DNA of 64,000 bases from an archaeon (GTDB taxonomy: Archaea > Nanobdellota > Nanobdellia > Woesearchaeales > GW2011-AR9). The notes below the pieces were generated by a model. It had not been told where the DNA came from. It made no database searches and saw nothing but the letters and a program-made list of their open reading frames with translations. The stretch spans positions 560 through 64,559 of the forward strand of contig NZCK01000014.1 of assembly GCA_002688265.1 (NCBI GenBank). The letters run 5' to 3'. The position numbers were made by a program, and so were the translations under genes. Shown one piece after another: positions 17,256-27,251 of the stretch (the first letter of the stretch is position 1; every line of letters begins with the position of its first letter).

Positions 17256-18026
17256 CTAATGCAAACCCATAACCTTACGTAAACCTAAGCTTAAAATCAA
17301 AGATACTACAATATAAAGTGCAAGCCATCCTGGGTTCCATCCAAAGATACTAAGCTCACCTAGTGGCTTTAATTTACTATATCCTACATTGATACTAGAA
17401 ACATCTGAATCAACAAACTTAACTTCTGTATCTGCATAATCAAGTTCACCTGAAGTTACCAAAACAGTAACTTCTTCTGAAGCCGAACCTGTTTCCACTG
17501 CAAGTATGTGTTCACCCACTGCTTTTGATTTTACTCGCCAAGTAACACTACCTTCAGAAATTGTTTGTACTGCTTCTGAACTACTAAACTCTGATTCTAA
17601 ATCCAAAACAAGTTGTGCTTGTCCACTTACACCTTCTGCAAATTCTGCCATGATTGTATAAGAGTCACCAACAGAAATTGGGTCATAAGCAAGTGCTCCA
17701 CTCATCCAACCAAAAATAAGTAAAATTGGAAGCATTGTAAACAAAGTTGGTTTCAATGAATGTTTCATATATTCCATATTGACTTTCATTGCTTCTTTTT
17801 GGACAGACATCATTTTCTCAGGGTTTTCCCTATGAGATTTCATTTCTGCTTGAAACTCTTTTTGACGACCCTTCAGATGCTTCATCTTGTCTTGGTCTGT
17901 CAAATATTTGTATGCTAGTGTAATAATTACTGTAATAACTGCTGCAATTATAACTATCCCTAGTGCTGGACTCCAATTTAAAAGTGGCCCAAAAATCGGA
18001 TCAAAAATCGGATCTAATATTGCCAT
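17256..18026 (-). CDS. DUF106 / EMC3-Oxa1-like membrane insertase homolog with extra ectodomain
   Basis: KHLKGRQKEFQAEMKSHRENPEKMMSVQKEAMKVNMEYMKHSLKPTLFTMLPILLIFGWM is the DUF106 coiled-coil plus TM signature. The track start at 18047 is TTG; an in-frame ATG is at 18026. Confidence 0.75.
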   Translation of the reverse strand: MAILDPIFDPIFGPLLNWSPALGIVIIAAVITVIITLAYKYLTDQDKMKHLKGRQKEFQAEMKSHRENPEKMMSVQKEAMKVNMEYMKHSLKPTLFTMLPILLIFGWMSGALAYDPISVGDSYTIMAEFAEGVSGQAQLVLDLESEFSSSEAVQTISEGSVTWRVKSKAVGEHILAVETGSASEEVTVLVTSGELDYADTEVKFVDSDVSSINVGYSKLKPLGELSIFGWNPGWLALYIVVSLILSLGLRKVMGLH

Positions 18027-18097
18027 AATATCAATTTTTCCTAACAACCACTTATAAAGCTTATGGTTTATTTATGACACTATTAAGAATTAAATAA

Positions 18098-19141
18098 TTA
18101 AGACTCAATTCTCTCTATTTTGTAGAATCCTCTACTTTCAACTTGTTCTTTAGTCAGATCTATTACTAATTCCCAAACAATTTCTCCAGAAGGGCTTACT
18201 TCAATTGCTCTTGTCGATCCAGAAACTAAATAATTACCATTAGACAATTTATTCACATCCCTCACTAATTGTTTTCGAGAATCACTCCAATCCCCTTCAT
18301 TATATTGCCAAATAATTTCATCAGTATCAATATCTAATTCCATTGCTGCAATATGAGCAGAATAATCATTTTCAGCATAACAATCTAACGGTTTTTGCGA
18401 CGCTACTGTTATTTGCCTTGTTCCTTCAATAATTGTTGGGTCATGTGATGAAAAAACTATCCCTTTTCCTATTTCATTTACTACATTTCCTTCTGGGTCA
18501 ACTTCAACAACCATATTAAAATTTCTTAAACTTACTAATGTATTTCCATTGTCCAATCTTCCAACTGCATTGGTATGTGTAAAACCGTCGCAAGAAATCT
18601 CTGCATAAGGTTCATAATCAAAATGTTCTCCTGCTTTCCAAAACCAGACCATTTCTCCTTCAGGTGTAATCTCTTTAACTTGAAAGTCTTCTGTTGTATC
18701 ATGCCCACCATAAGCTATCAGAATATTTCCATTATCTAAGCGATCGGCATCATGTGATATTTTATTATCATAATACTCCCAAACAATTTCTCCTCCTCTC
18801 TCAATTTCAAATACACCATATCCTGGTGCCAATAATTGTAAATTTCCATTATCTAAGAGTTCTACATCAAATCCAGGGTTAAGATAATCTTGCATTTCCA
18901 AACTAATTTCATGTTCCCATAGAATATTTCCTTCCATGTCTATCTCTAGTATTCTGGGATAATCTGTACTAAATCTATCAAAAAAGATTGTAGTTCCGTC
19001 TTGAGCTTTCTCTGGATTATAGACTGCTATGTATAGATTTTCATCAACTTGCGAATAGAAGCTTTCAGTTGAGCATGCACTAACAAACAAACTAATTAGA
19101 ATTAATACTAACAAGACTAGAACAACCTTTCCTCTTTTCAC
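18098..19141 (-). CDS. lipobox-type beta-propeller protein (arylsulfotransferase/ASST-like repeats)
   Basis: Signal peptide with VSAC-ST. A repeated LDNGN motif occurs four times (LLDNGNLQLL, RLDNGNILIA, RLDNGNTLVS, KLSNGNYLVS). GTG start. Confidence 0.65.
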   Translation of the reverse strand: MKRGKVVLVLLVLILISLFVSACSTESFYSQVDENLYIAVYNPEKAQDGTTIFFDRFSTDYPRILEIDMEGNILWEHEISLEMQDYLNPGFDVELLDNGNLQLLAPGYGVFEIERGGEIVWEYYDNKISHDADRLDNGNILIAYGGHDTTEDFQVKEITPEGEMVWFWKAGEHFDYEPYAEISCDGFTHTNAVGRLDNGNTLVSLRNFNMVVEVDPEGNVVNEIGKGIVFSSHDPTIIEGTRQITVASQKPLDCYAENDYSAHIAAMELDIDTDEIIWQYNEGDWSDSRKQLVRDVNKLSNGNYLVSGSTRAIEVSPSGEIVWELVIDLTKEQVESRGFYKIERIES

Positions 19142-19223
19142 ATTAATTTACAAAAACTCTTAATATTTATAGTTATTGTATCCCAAAATAATAATCCTTC
19201 AAAAAAAGAACAAACTAAAAAAA

Positions 19224-20621
19224 TTACTCCATCATCTTTCGAAGTGCTGGGTGCATATCCATCATATGTTGTTTTGCAATTTCTTCATACAACTTGTATA
19301 CAATCATCACTGCTAGCAAGATACCTGTTCCTTGAGATAACGCTCCTGTTAAGTCAGCTAGTGCCGCAAGCAATCCTACAGAAAGTCCTCCAACAACAGT
19401 AAGTGGCCAAATATATCTTGATAAAATTCTTTCAAGTACTCTTTGATCTCGTCTAAATCCAGGAATCTGTAAACCAGAGTTTAAAATTTGTTTAGCTTGA
19501 GACGCTGCATCCATGTTTGCTGTTTGAACCCAAAAAATACTAAACACCATCGATCCTAGTGCCATAACTACTGCGTAAATTATTGCTTGACCAATATTCA
19601 CCATAGTAAAACTACCTGTAATGAATGCTCTAACAATATCTGGTGCATATAACCAGAAAACAAATCCAGAGATAGGTGTGTTACCTGAGAAAGTACCTAA
19701 AATTGGAAATCCCCAATTCTCCAGCAGAGTTGCTACTAATTGAATATTAGCTAATAGTGCTGCAACTAAAATTACTGGAATATTTGAAGTATAAAAGAAA
19801 TTTAACGGCCAACGAAGACTATGTCCACGCACCCTTCCAAAAGAAAGTGGAATTTCTACCTTCATTGCCTGACAATATACACAGACCATAAATACAACAA
19901 TTGTAGAAATAACTGCTGCTAATTGTAATGCTGCTGTTGTCACGTCTCCAGTTCCCAAGGATTGGAATAGTGCAGGGATTGCTCCTGCTGCAATAGCTGG
20001 GTTAGTTGGGCTTGGTAAAAAATTGAAAGCCCTAATGAAAATCTGCTGACTTACTCCTGCTGCAATGAATAAACTTACTCCTGAACCAAAACCCCATTTT
20101 GAAACTACTTCATCCATCCATAAGATCAGCATTCCTCCAATAAATAATTGTGCAATTAAGATTCCTTGTAACATGGGATACAATGTAGTTCCTGCATAAA
20201 TTGCACTAGGAGCTAGTCCACCCATCATTACATAGATAAATGCTTCAAGTAGTGTGAAACCTACTGCCATAACTTTTTGTAATCCTTGAAATCTTTGTCT
20301 TCCTTCAGCTGAAGTTAGATCCATATTCAAAATTCCAGTTCCGCTCAGAAGTTGCAAAACAATGGATGCTGTTACAATTGGTCCAATTCCAAGTGAAACA
20401 ATACTTCCAAAACTTGCTCCAAGAATAATACTTAAGAACTCAAATTGTTGTAAACTGTTCTCTCCAAGACCAGCTAATGGAACTAATCCCATCACGAAAA
20501 ATATTACTAAAATTATTGCTGTCCACTTAAGTTTGTCTTTGAATGGCAGTCTTTTCTGTGTTGGCCCCTTTACTTCAGGAAGCATACCAATCAGTGTATC
20601 AAGAATGGACATTATAATCAC
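19224..20621 (-). CDS. secY: preprotein translocase subunit SecY
   Basis: 465 aa, 10 TM. Canonical position after L15. Confidence 0.95.
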   Translation of the reverse strand: MIIMSILDTLIGMLPEVKGPTQKRLPFKDKLKWTAIILVIFFVMGLVPLAGLGENSLQQFEFLSIILGASFGSIVSLGIGPIVTASIVLQLLSGTGILNMDLTSAEGRQRFQGLQKVMAVGFTLLEAFIYVMMGGLAPSAIYAGTTLYPMLQGILIAQLFIGGMLILWMDEVVSKWGFGSGVSLFIAAGVSQQIFIRAFNFLPSPTNPAIAAGAIPALFQSLGTGDVTTAALQLAAVISTIVVFMVCVYCQAMKVEIPLSFGRVRGHSLRWPLNFFYTSNIPVILVAALLANIQLVATLLENWGFPILGTFSGNTPISGFVFWLYAPDIVRAFITGSFTMVNIGQAIIYAVVMALGSMVFSIFWVQTANMDAASQAKQILNSGLQIPGFRRDQRVLERILSRYIWPLTVVGGLSVGLLAALADLTGALSQGTGILLAVMIVYKLYEEIAKQHMMDMHPALRKMME

Positions 20622-20680
20622 TAAATCTCCTTATATGTTTATTATGCTTTTCCACTTAAAAAAGTGATAAAACATTATTT

Positions 20681-21196
20681 TTATTTTTCAGCAGAGGTAT
20701 CGACAGCTTCAGTTTTTTGTGTTTCTGCCACTTTTTTTACTTCTGCGGAACTTTCAACAGCAACTGCTTGAATTGAACCACCTGCTGCAGTAACTTTTTC
20801 TTCAGCTTTTGCACTCCATTGTTTGGATTTAAATTGAACAGCTAATGATATTGATCCTGTTCCAAGTAATTTTTGAAAACCTAAACTTGCTAGCTCAACA
20901 GTGTAAACTTCGGCTTTTTTACTTGCCAATTTTGCTTCAACTAAACTAGCTAATCTTTCTGCTGTGAAATATGATATATTTACTGTTCGCGGTTTTGCAA
21001 TACTTCTGTGCATTTTAAACCCTTTAGCTCCTAGGCTTGGTGCTCTTCCTGCTTTTTTCTGCCCAGCTTTCTTACCAGTACCTGCATTTCCACGTCCTCC
21101 TCGACTTCCAGCCCCTCGACGTTTCTTTCGATGACCTCCTCCGTGAGTTGTACTAGCTCGATATTTGCTTACTTTTTTCTGTTTGCGAACAACCAT
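20681..21196 (-). CDS. rpl15: ribosomal protein uL15
   Basis: THGGGHRKKRRGAGSRGGRGNAG signature. Extended C-terminus. Confidence 0.92.
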   Translation of the reverse strand: MVVRKQKKVSKYRASTTHGGGHRKKRRGAGSRGGRGNAGTGKKAGQKKAGRAPSLGAKGFKMHRSIAKPRTVNISYFTAERLASLVEAKLASKKAEVYTVELASLGFQKLLGTGSISLAVQFKSKQWSAKAEEKVTAAGGSIQAVAVESSAEVKKVAETQKTEAVDTSAEK

Positions 21197-21260
21197 TTTT
21201 GTTTCCTTTTCATTAATCTTATATTATTAAGTGTTATATTAAGTATTATATTACTCAAAA

Positions 21261-21776
21261 TCACATCATTCTTTCAATTAATTCAGTGATTTTTTCTCCT
21301 CTATTTCCTAAGGTCCCACCTACAGTAAATCCTTTTTTGATTCCTGCTCTTCCAAAACCTTTTCTAGGTGGATTTAATCTAAAACATTTTTTGTATTTTT
21401 TCCCTTCATACTCAAATGTAGAGTAAGTATATTTTGATTTTGAATCTTGTAAACGTCCTTGATATTCTAATCCGCGCGCAGCTACTAATTTTTTTACCAT
21501 ATCCATTTTTACTGGCCCGTAAGTAGTATAATCCTTAACCTTCACTAACATACCTGTTAGACTTGGATTATTTTCAACTAATACGCATTGGTTCACTCTT
21601 GTTAAACCAAGCATTCTAAGTGTATCTTTAACTTTAGCTCTAACTCCTGCTAATCCTCTTACCTGAACAACTGCGATGTACTTTTCAGTAGATTCACTTT
21701 TTGTTGTTTTCTTTTCTGCTTTAACTTCAGATTCATTACCAGCAGTTTTGTTGATTTCCGTATTTGTTTCGCTCAT
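21261..21776 (-). CDS. rpl30: ribosomal protein uL30
   Basis: VVQVRGLAGVRAKVKDTLRMLGL core. About 30-aa charged N-terminal extension. Confidence 0.9.
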   Translation of the reverse strand: MSETNTEINKTAGNESEVKAEKKTTKSESTEKYIAVVQVRGLAGVRAKVKDTLRMLGLTRVNQCVLVENNPSLTGMLVKVKDYTTYGPVKMDMVKKLVAARGLEYQGRLQDSKSKYTYSTFEYEGKKYKKCFRLNPPRKGFGRAGIKKGFTVGGTLGNRGEKITELIERMM

Positions 21777-21810
21777 TGTTTCACTTCATTAAATATTATA
21801 TATTAATCAT

Positions 21811-22797
21811 TTATTCAGTTGTCTCTGCAATTGCTTCAGTAGATTTTGTTGATTCTTTCGATTCCATTGTTTCAACTGGTTTTGCAACTTCTGCTGTTTT
21901 TGTTTCAGTTGTTTCAGCAGTCTCAGATGCTTCTTCCTTCATTTCCGCTTGAATTTCTTCAATAGATGAAATTTCTGGAGCTACTTTTTTAGTTTCTCCA
22001 TAACTACCTTCAACAATTCCTAATGTTTGAAAATGTTTTGTTTGAATTTTCATCTCGCTTAATCCACGAAGAGCATTCATACAAGCTTGAACTAGATTAA
22101 CTTTTGTTTTAGTTTGTCCTTCAGTTTTACTCCAAATATCTCTAATTCCTGCGGCTTCCAATATTTTTGCACATTCACTTTCAATACAAAGGCCTGTTCC
22201 TTTTGGAGCAGGAAATAATGTCACAATAGTAGACCCACATTTTCCTTGTACTGCAAACGGAATTGAATTAACATCTGCACTTCCTTCCCATGCACCACAT
22301 CCTCGACGGATCTTAATTAGATTTAACTTTGCCTTAGTAACTGCTTTATCTCGAGCAGGAACTGTTTCTTTACTTTTTCCAAGTGCAATTCCTACATAAC
22401 CATTTTTGTTACCTACTACAGCACAAGTTGTGAATTTGATGGTGTTCCCTTCTCGAGTTTTCTTTTGTGTTTGACGAAAAATTCTTCTTTTTCCTCCACC
22501 AAACTTTCCTTTAGCTTGACCAATAAGTAGTAGATCAGAATGTAGATCTGGGTTTAACATATCAACAATTTCTGCTTCTTTGATTACTTCACCCATTTCA
22601 AAAATTTGATCTAAGGAGACAATTTCTCCTCGTTTAACTTTTTGACCAAGTTCAGTGACTGGCTTCCATGCTTCAAGCATTTGCTCACGAGTAATTCTAG
22701 GAGCATTTCTCTTTCGATTAGAACCGGATCTTCGCGAGTCTCTTCTAGCTCCGCCTTGTTTATTTCTATTATTTTTTGATTGGTCTTCTTTTGACAT
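21811..22797 (-). CDS. rps5: ribosomal protein uS5 with N- and C-terminal extensions
   Basis: FTTCAVVGNKNGYVGIALGKSKETVPARDKAV core. 328 aa, much longer than the core domain alone. Confidence 0.92.
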   Translation of the reverse strand: MSKEDQSKNNRNKQGGARRDSRRSGSNRKRNAPRITREQMLEAWKPVTELGQKVKRGEIVSLDQIFEMGEVIKEAEIVDMLNPDLHSDLLLIGQAKGKFGGGKRRIFRQTQKKTREGNTIKFTTCAVVGNKNGYVGIALGKSKETVPARDKAVTKAKLNLIKIRRGCGAWEGSADVNSIPFAVQGKCGSTIVTLFPAPKGTGLCIESECAKILEAAGIRDIWSKTEGQTKTKVNLVQACMNALRGLSEMKIQTKHFQTLGIVEGSYGETKKVAPEISSIEEIQAEMKEEASETAETTETKTAEVAKPVETMESKESTKSTEAIAETTE

Positions 22798-22826
22798 TCT
22801 TTAACTCCTTTGATTATCTTAATAAT

Positions 22827-23414
22827 TTATCCTAATAATGCTTGTTTAATTTTTACAAACTCTTCGGGCATTTTTATTGGATCTACTCCATTTAATATGC
22901 ACTTCGAAAATTGTTTCTTATACTTTTCATTCGCATCTTTCTTCAAAAGTTCAGCGTATTCTGCTATCTTTTTTCCACTAACAGTGTTCTCATCTGGCAA
23001 AATTTCAGTTTCACCATGTTTAATTAATAGTCCACCATCCATTACCCCTTTGAGTACTGCAAACATTCTTCCTTGTTTTTGAATTGTAGCAAATCCAGTA
23101 TCCAAGATTAATTCTCCTGAATAATTTTTGGCTTTTGCTTGTTTTGCAAGTAATAAACCAGTTAAATATGATGCCGGAATGCTTTTAATTCCAAATTTCC
23201 AACCAAATTTTTCTAAACCTGCTGAATTAACACCAAAAGCAACTTTATCTCCTGTTTGATGATAGTTTACAATCTGTGCAGTTACTGAGTTTCCACTAAA
23301 ACGTACAACTAATCTATCTTTTCCTGACATTAGAAGACGAAGTCTCTTACGATAATTCGTTCTTCCGCTTGCTTTTCGTCTATATTGTACAACTGGAATT
23401 TTTCCTTTTGCCAT
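22827..23414 (-). CDS. rpl18: ribosomal protein uL18
   Basis: RRKASGRTNYRKRLRLL...RLVVRFSGNSVTAQI signature and operon position. Confidence 0.9.
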   Translation of the reverse strand: MAKGKIPVVQYRRKASGRTNYRKRLRLLMSGKDRLVVRFSGNSVTAQIVNYHQTGDKVAFGVNSAGLEKFGWKFGIKSIPASYLTGLLLAKQAKAKNYSGELILDTGFATIQKQGRMFAVLKGVMDGGLLIKHGETEILPDENTVSGKKIAEYAELLKKDANEKYKKQFSKCILNGVDPIKMPEEFVKIKQALLG

Positions 23415-23435
23415 TTTTCTTCCTTAATTTAGTTA

Positions 23436-23894
23436 TTATTTTGTTTTTACTTCTCTTTGAACTAATTTATTTTCATCCAAATATAATTTAATGTGACGTT
23501 TATTCCTGAAATATCCACCTTTACTTTTTTGGTACATGTTTCTGTAACTGGAAGAGGTTAGTAGTCCTTTTGCTTTGAGTTCCTTTAAAAACTTTCTTTG
23601 AGTTCTAATTTTTTGCATCCAAAGTTCTTTTCTTGTAACACTTGCATACTTAGCTCCTTTACGGCTTCCTCTCCCACTTCGTCTACCTTTTCGTTTTTGT
23701 AGAGCTAATTTTCTTGCTCGACCACGGGATTGCTCATTAGTTCTGCGCAAAGCTACTTTTCCTATTGCAATTAATCCTCGCATATCACTTCTAGTAATTG
23801 CTTTTTGGATATCACTGAGTGCATCTTCTGCAAAAATCACTTTTGAAGGTGATGCTTTAAGCAATTTTCCAGCTAAGATTTTTTTTGAGTTCAT
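23436..23894 (-). CDS. rpl19e: ribosomal protein L19e
   Basis: RGRARKLALQKRKGRRSGRGSRKG signature and operon position. Confidence 0.9.
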   Translation of the reverse strand: MNSKKILAGKLLKASPSKVIFAEDALSDIQKAITRSDMRGLIAIGKVALRRTNEQSRGRARKLALQKRKGRRSGRGSRKGAKYASVTRKELWMQKIRTQRKFLKELKAKGLLTSSSYRNMYQKSKGGYFRNKRHIKLYLDENKLVQREVKTK

Positions 23895-23951
23895 ATTATC
23901 ACGTTTTCTTATTCTTGATTTTTTATGTTGTTAATTTACAGTTTATAATTT

Positions 23952-24596
23952 TCAATTTTCTTTATTTTCAAGTTTAGATTTTGACTCTGATTTAACTGTT
24001 CCTTCCAGTTTAGCTGTTGTTTCAGGATTAGATTTTGCCTCAACTTTCTCATTTACTTTCTCTTCTTTCTTAACTTCTTTTTTATCATCTTTCTTATCGT
24101 CTTTTTTTGCTTTAGCTTCAGATTTTACTTTAGTTTGTTTTTCTTTACGTCTAGCATTTGTTATCTTTTTACTGTCTGCAAATTGACGGTCTCTTGTTGA
24201 AAGTTCTTTTTTCAAATCTGAAGGTCCTGCTAAGATAAGTCCTTTCTCTCTACATACTTTCAATAATGATAATCTTTTTCTAAGTCCTACTGTGGATCCA
24301 ATTACAACTACATCTGTTCTTGCATTTACTTTATCTAAATCTCCAATTCTTTGAACAAAGACAGGTTTCTTTCCATCACGAGTCAAACCATAAACTTCCT
24401 TTGGTGCACCATATCCTGGTGTTGGCATTCTAATTCTGCCTTTGTGGTATTGTCTAACAGGAGAATGTTTTCCTCGAGGTTTTCGCCAGTTTGGTTTTAC
24501 CCCTGCCTTGAAATTAGATTCTTTTACAACAAACGCTGGTTTACGTAAAGAGTTTCTTTGTTCAAGTAACTTTTTTGAGTTATTTTCTTCTGTCAT
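23952..24596 (-). CDS. rpl32e: ribosomal protein L32e with K/D/E-rich tail
   Basis: WRKPRGKHSPVRQYHKGR signature and operon position. Confidence 0.9.
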   Translation of the reverse strand: MTEENNSKKLLEQRNSLRKPAFVVKESNFKAGVKPNWRKPRGKHSPVRQYHKGRIRMPTPGYGAPKEVYGLTRDGKKPVFVQRIGDLDKVNARTDVVVIGSTVGLRKRLSLLKVCREKGLILAGPSDLKKELSTRDRQFADSKKITNARRKEKQTKVKSEAKAKKDDKKDDKKEVKKEEKVNEKVEAKSNPETTAKLEGTVKSESKSKLENKEN

Positions 24597-24638
24597 TTTT
24601 ATTCCTTAACGATTTTTTCTTTTATTATCAACATATTA

Positions 24639-25184
24639 TTAATTTAATATTCTTGAAGGTTTTTTAACGATATAAATTCCATCTTGGAAAATTCGTCTAT
24701 CTCTGTTTGTAATTCTACACATCTGTTCGATTCTTGCTGCAACCATCCCTGCGGATTCTCTTGAAGCAGAATTCACAATTACTTGTGTTCCGTTAATTTT
24801 AACTTTAACTTCACTTGGAATTGCAACACTTCTTGGATGTTTTTCTCCTAAGAAATTCTTTACAACAAAGTTTGATCCAGATACAGACACATTCATTGGA
24901 AAGTGGCCTGAACAAATTTTTAATTCGTATTCAAATGGATCAACAACTCCACGAAGCATATTTTTAATATGAGCAATAAAAGTACTAAGCATTCTTTTTT
25001 CTCGCTTGCTAGCTCCTTTTACTTGAAATTCTAAATCACGACCACTTACAGATAGATGTACTTTAGGATTAGCAAAACTACGTCTATCTTCTCCTTTTGG
25101 TCCTTTAACAAAAAGCTCAGACCCTTCTAATGTAAGACTCACTGTCTCAGGAGCTGTTACTTTTTCGTTTAAATCAGTTTTCAT
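24639..25184 (-). CDS. rpl6: ribosomal protein uL6
   Basis: Two-domain L6 pattern and operon position between S8 and L32e. Confidence 0.9.
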   Translation of the reverse strand: MKTDLNEKVTAPETVSLTLEGSELFVKGPKGEDRRSFANPKVHLSVSGRDLEFQVKGASKREKRMLSTFIAHIKNMLRGVVDPFEYELKICSGHFPMNVSVSGSNFVVKNFLGEKHPRSVAIPSEVKVKINGTQVIVNSASRESAGMVAARIEQMCRITNRDRRIFQDGIYIVKKPSRILN

Positions 25185-25238
25185 TGTTAATTCTCTTATT
25201 TTTTTACTTTATACTATGAATATTTATTTTTTGAGATA

Positions 25239-25640
25239 TCAGTAACAAAAGGCTAAGAGTTTCCCCCCTATTCGTTTTTCTTTTGCATCATAATGAGTCA
25301 TTACTCCTTTTGGAGTTGAAATCACTAAAAATCCAAAATCACGTGCTGGCAAATATCTCTTTTCCCATTTAGTATATTCTACAAATTTGGTAGAAAACCT
25401 TGGTTTAATTACGTTACATTTGTTAATATTTCCAAGCAAATTTATTTTTACTAACTTTCTGCCTGGGCCTTCATTTTCAACTATATAACTACCGATGTAA
25501 CCTTTTTCATGCATAAGTTCTAAGATTTTCAAAATCATTGCTGAAGCAGGGCGAATTACTACTTCTTTCTTTCCAACAATTTCTGCGTTGTGAATTTTTG
25601 CAAGTGCCGCTGCGAGTGGATCATGTAACATTTTTTTCAC
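25239..25640 (-). CDS. rps8: ribosomal protein uS8
   Basis: DPLAAALAKIHNAE N-terminus and operon position. Confidence 0.92.
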   Translation of the reverse strand: MKKMLHDPLAAALAKIHNAEIVGKKEVVIRPASAMILKILELMHEKGYIGSYIVENEGPGRKLVKINLLGNINKCNVIKPRFSTKFVEYTKWEKRYLPARDFGFLVISTPKGVMTHYDAKEKRIGGKLLAFCY

Positions 25641-25672
25641 CTAATATTTATTTATTATTATCATCATTATTA

Positions 25673-25903
25673 TTAATTCAATTTTTTAAATCCTAATTCA
25701 TTTGCTACTTCCCGGAATGCATGTCTACAAATATCAAGGCCATACTTTCTGATTAATCCCCTGTGTGTACCAGTGATTTTACACCTTACTCTAGCTTTAC
25801 CACAACTCCGCTTCTTTGGTTTATTGTGTTTAATGTATTTTGCTTTTTTAATAGGCTTAGCGTTAAGTTGTGTGAATGCCTTGTTCCAATTGCTTGATGT
25901 CAT
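25673..25903 (-). CDS. rps14: ribosomal protein uS14 (degenerate zinc motif)
   Basis: [26 protein letters not shown] matches the S14 C-terminus. Only 3 Cys are present, and the last CxxC is C-R-H-A. Confidence 0.85.
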   Translation of the reverse strand: MTSSNWNKAFTQLNAKPIKKAKYIKHNKPKKRSCGKARVRCKITGTHRGLIRKYGLDICRHAFREVANELGFKKLN

Positions 25904-25928
25904 TTTAAATTAACTCCTATTTATTTTC

Positions 25929-26471
25929 TTAAGCTTCAACTGTAATTCCTAATTCTTCTCTTGCAAATTTGATTGCATCTTCTTTACTCACAACATGAGT
26001 TGATCCTACTTTTCTACTTCTAATTTTTCTTCTTTTTATACTATATCCTGGTCGCTCTAAACTAACTGCAACTTCAAGACCCATTATTTTCAAATCTGGA
26101 TCGTATTCTAATCCTGGAATGTCGATATATTCTGCAATCCCAAAAGAGAAATTTCCTTGTGCATCGAACTGTTTTGCCTTCAAAGTCATAGCTTTTGCTT
26201 CAAGTAATCTTAATAATAATTCTCTTGCCCCTTCTCTTACTGTTGCTTTACAACCAATTGCCAAATTAGGTCTCAGTCCCCAGCCAGGGATTCTTTTAGT
26301 TGTTTTTGTTTTCATTGGATTAACAGGAGATAATTTTTTTAACAATTTGACTGCTTTTTCTAATAAAGCTTCGTTTTTTCCTGCACCACAATTTAGAGTT
26401 ATCTTACTAACTCGAATCTTCCGCATTGGGTTTGATTCTGACGCTTTTTTTGGAATATTTTCTTCTGCCAT
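25929..26471 (-). CDS. rpl5: ribosomal protein uL5
   Basis: NPMRKIRVSKITLNCGAG signature and operon position. Confidence 0.92.
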   Translation of the reverse strand: MAEENIPKKASESNPMRKIRVSKITLNCGAGKNEALLEKAVKLLKKLSPVNPMKTKTTKRIPGWGLRPNLAIGCKATVREGARELLLRLLEAKAMTLKAKQFDAQGNFSFGIAEYIDIPGLEYDPDLKIMGLEVAVSLERPGYSIKRRKIRSRKVGSTHVVSKEDAIKFAREELGITVEA

Positions 26472-26524
26472 TGTTTTATTTTTTCCTGTTTTTCCTTAAA
26501 TTTTATTTTAATTTTTTGAAATTT

Positions 26525-27214
26525 TTATTTTGCTTTTGCTGCTGTTTTTCCGGAGTCAACTACAAACAAATATCTTGTTGCAGTTTCCACTACTTCTTTA
26601 TTTTCTTTAGATAAATATCTTGCTAATTCTCCTTCAATTGCTTGAAGAGTTCCAGTTGATCCTGCGTGTTTTCCTTGTGTCAAGAAAATTTCTGCACCTA
26701 TTTCTTTTTTCAATACAGATTTAACTTTTCTTGTTGCCAAATCTAATTCAACAGAATCTCCTACTTTTACTGCACCGTCATAAAGGATATTTTTTCCATC
26801 ATGTAATCGTAATTGAATTTTCCCTCCAGGGACTTGGTGTTTTCCTACGACCTTGGCTTTTTTAGTTGCAGCTTCTTTTTCAGATAACTCTTCAACTTCA
26901 AGTTTTCCTTGATTTGAAATAATAAGATGATAATTCTTCTTGATTGCTGGAATTGAAATAACATCAAACAAACCAACCATATCTCTTCGATCTTTTTTTC
27001 GCTTGCCATCAACTAAAACTTCTTTAGCATGCAGCATTTTTTGTCCTTCTTTTAAAGTTTGAACTAAACCTAATTTATCACGAAGTACTGCTCCAAGTGC
27101 CATTGAAAAGTCTAGACTATGTCCGCCAGGATGTGGTCGAACAATAAATTTCTCTTGTTTTCTAGCAATTGACCATGTTCTTGGTGTTGCGATTCTTTTC
27201 AGATGATTCTTCAT
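26525..27214 (-). CDS. rps4e: ribosomal protein S4e
   Basis: HLKRIATPRTWSIARKQEKFIVRPHPG signature. Confidence 0.92.
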   Translation of the reverse strand: MKNHLKRIATPRTWSIARKQEKFIVRPHPGGHSLDFSMALGAVLRDKLGLVQTLKEGQKMLHAKEVLVDGKRKKDRRDMVGLFDVISIPAIKKNYHLIISNQGKLEVEELSEKEAATKKAKVVGKHQVPGGKIQLRLHDGKNILYDGAVKVGDSVELDLATRKVKSVLKKEIGAEIFLTQGKHAGSTGTLQAIEGELARYLSKENKEVVETATRYLFVVDSGKTAAKAK

Positions 27215-27251
27215 TGTAATTCTCCTTATTTCTTAGTTTAATATTTTTAAT

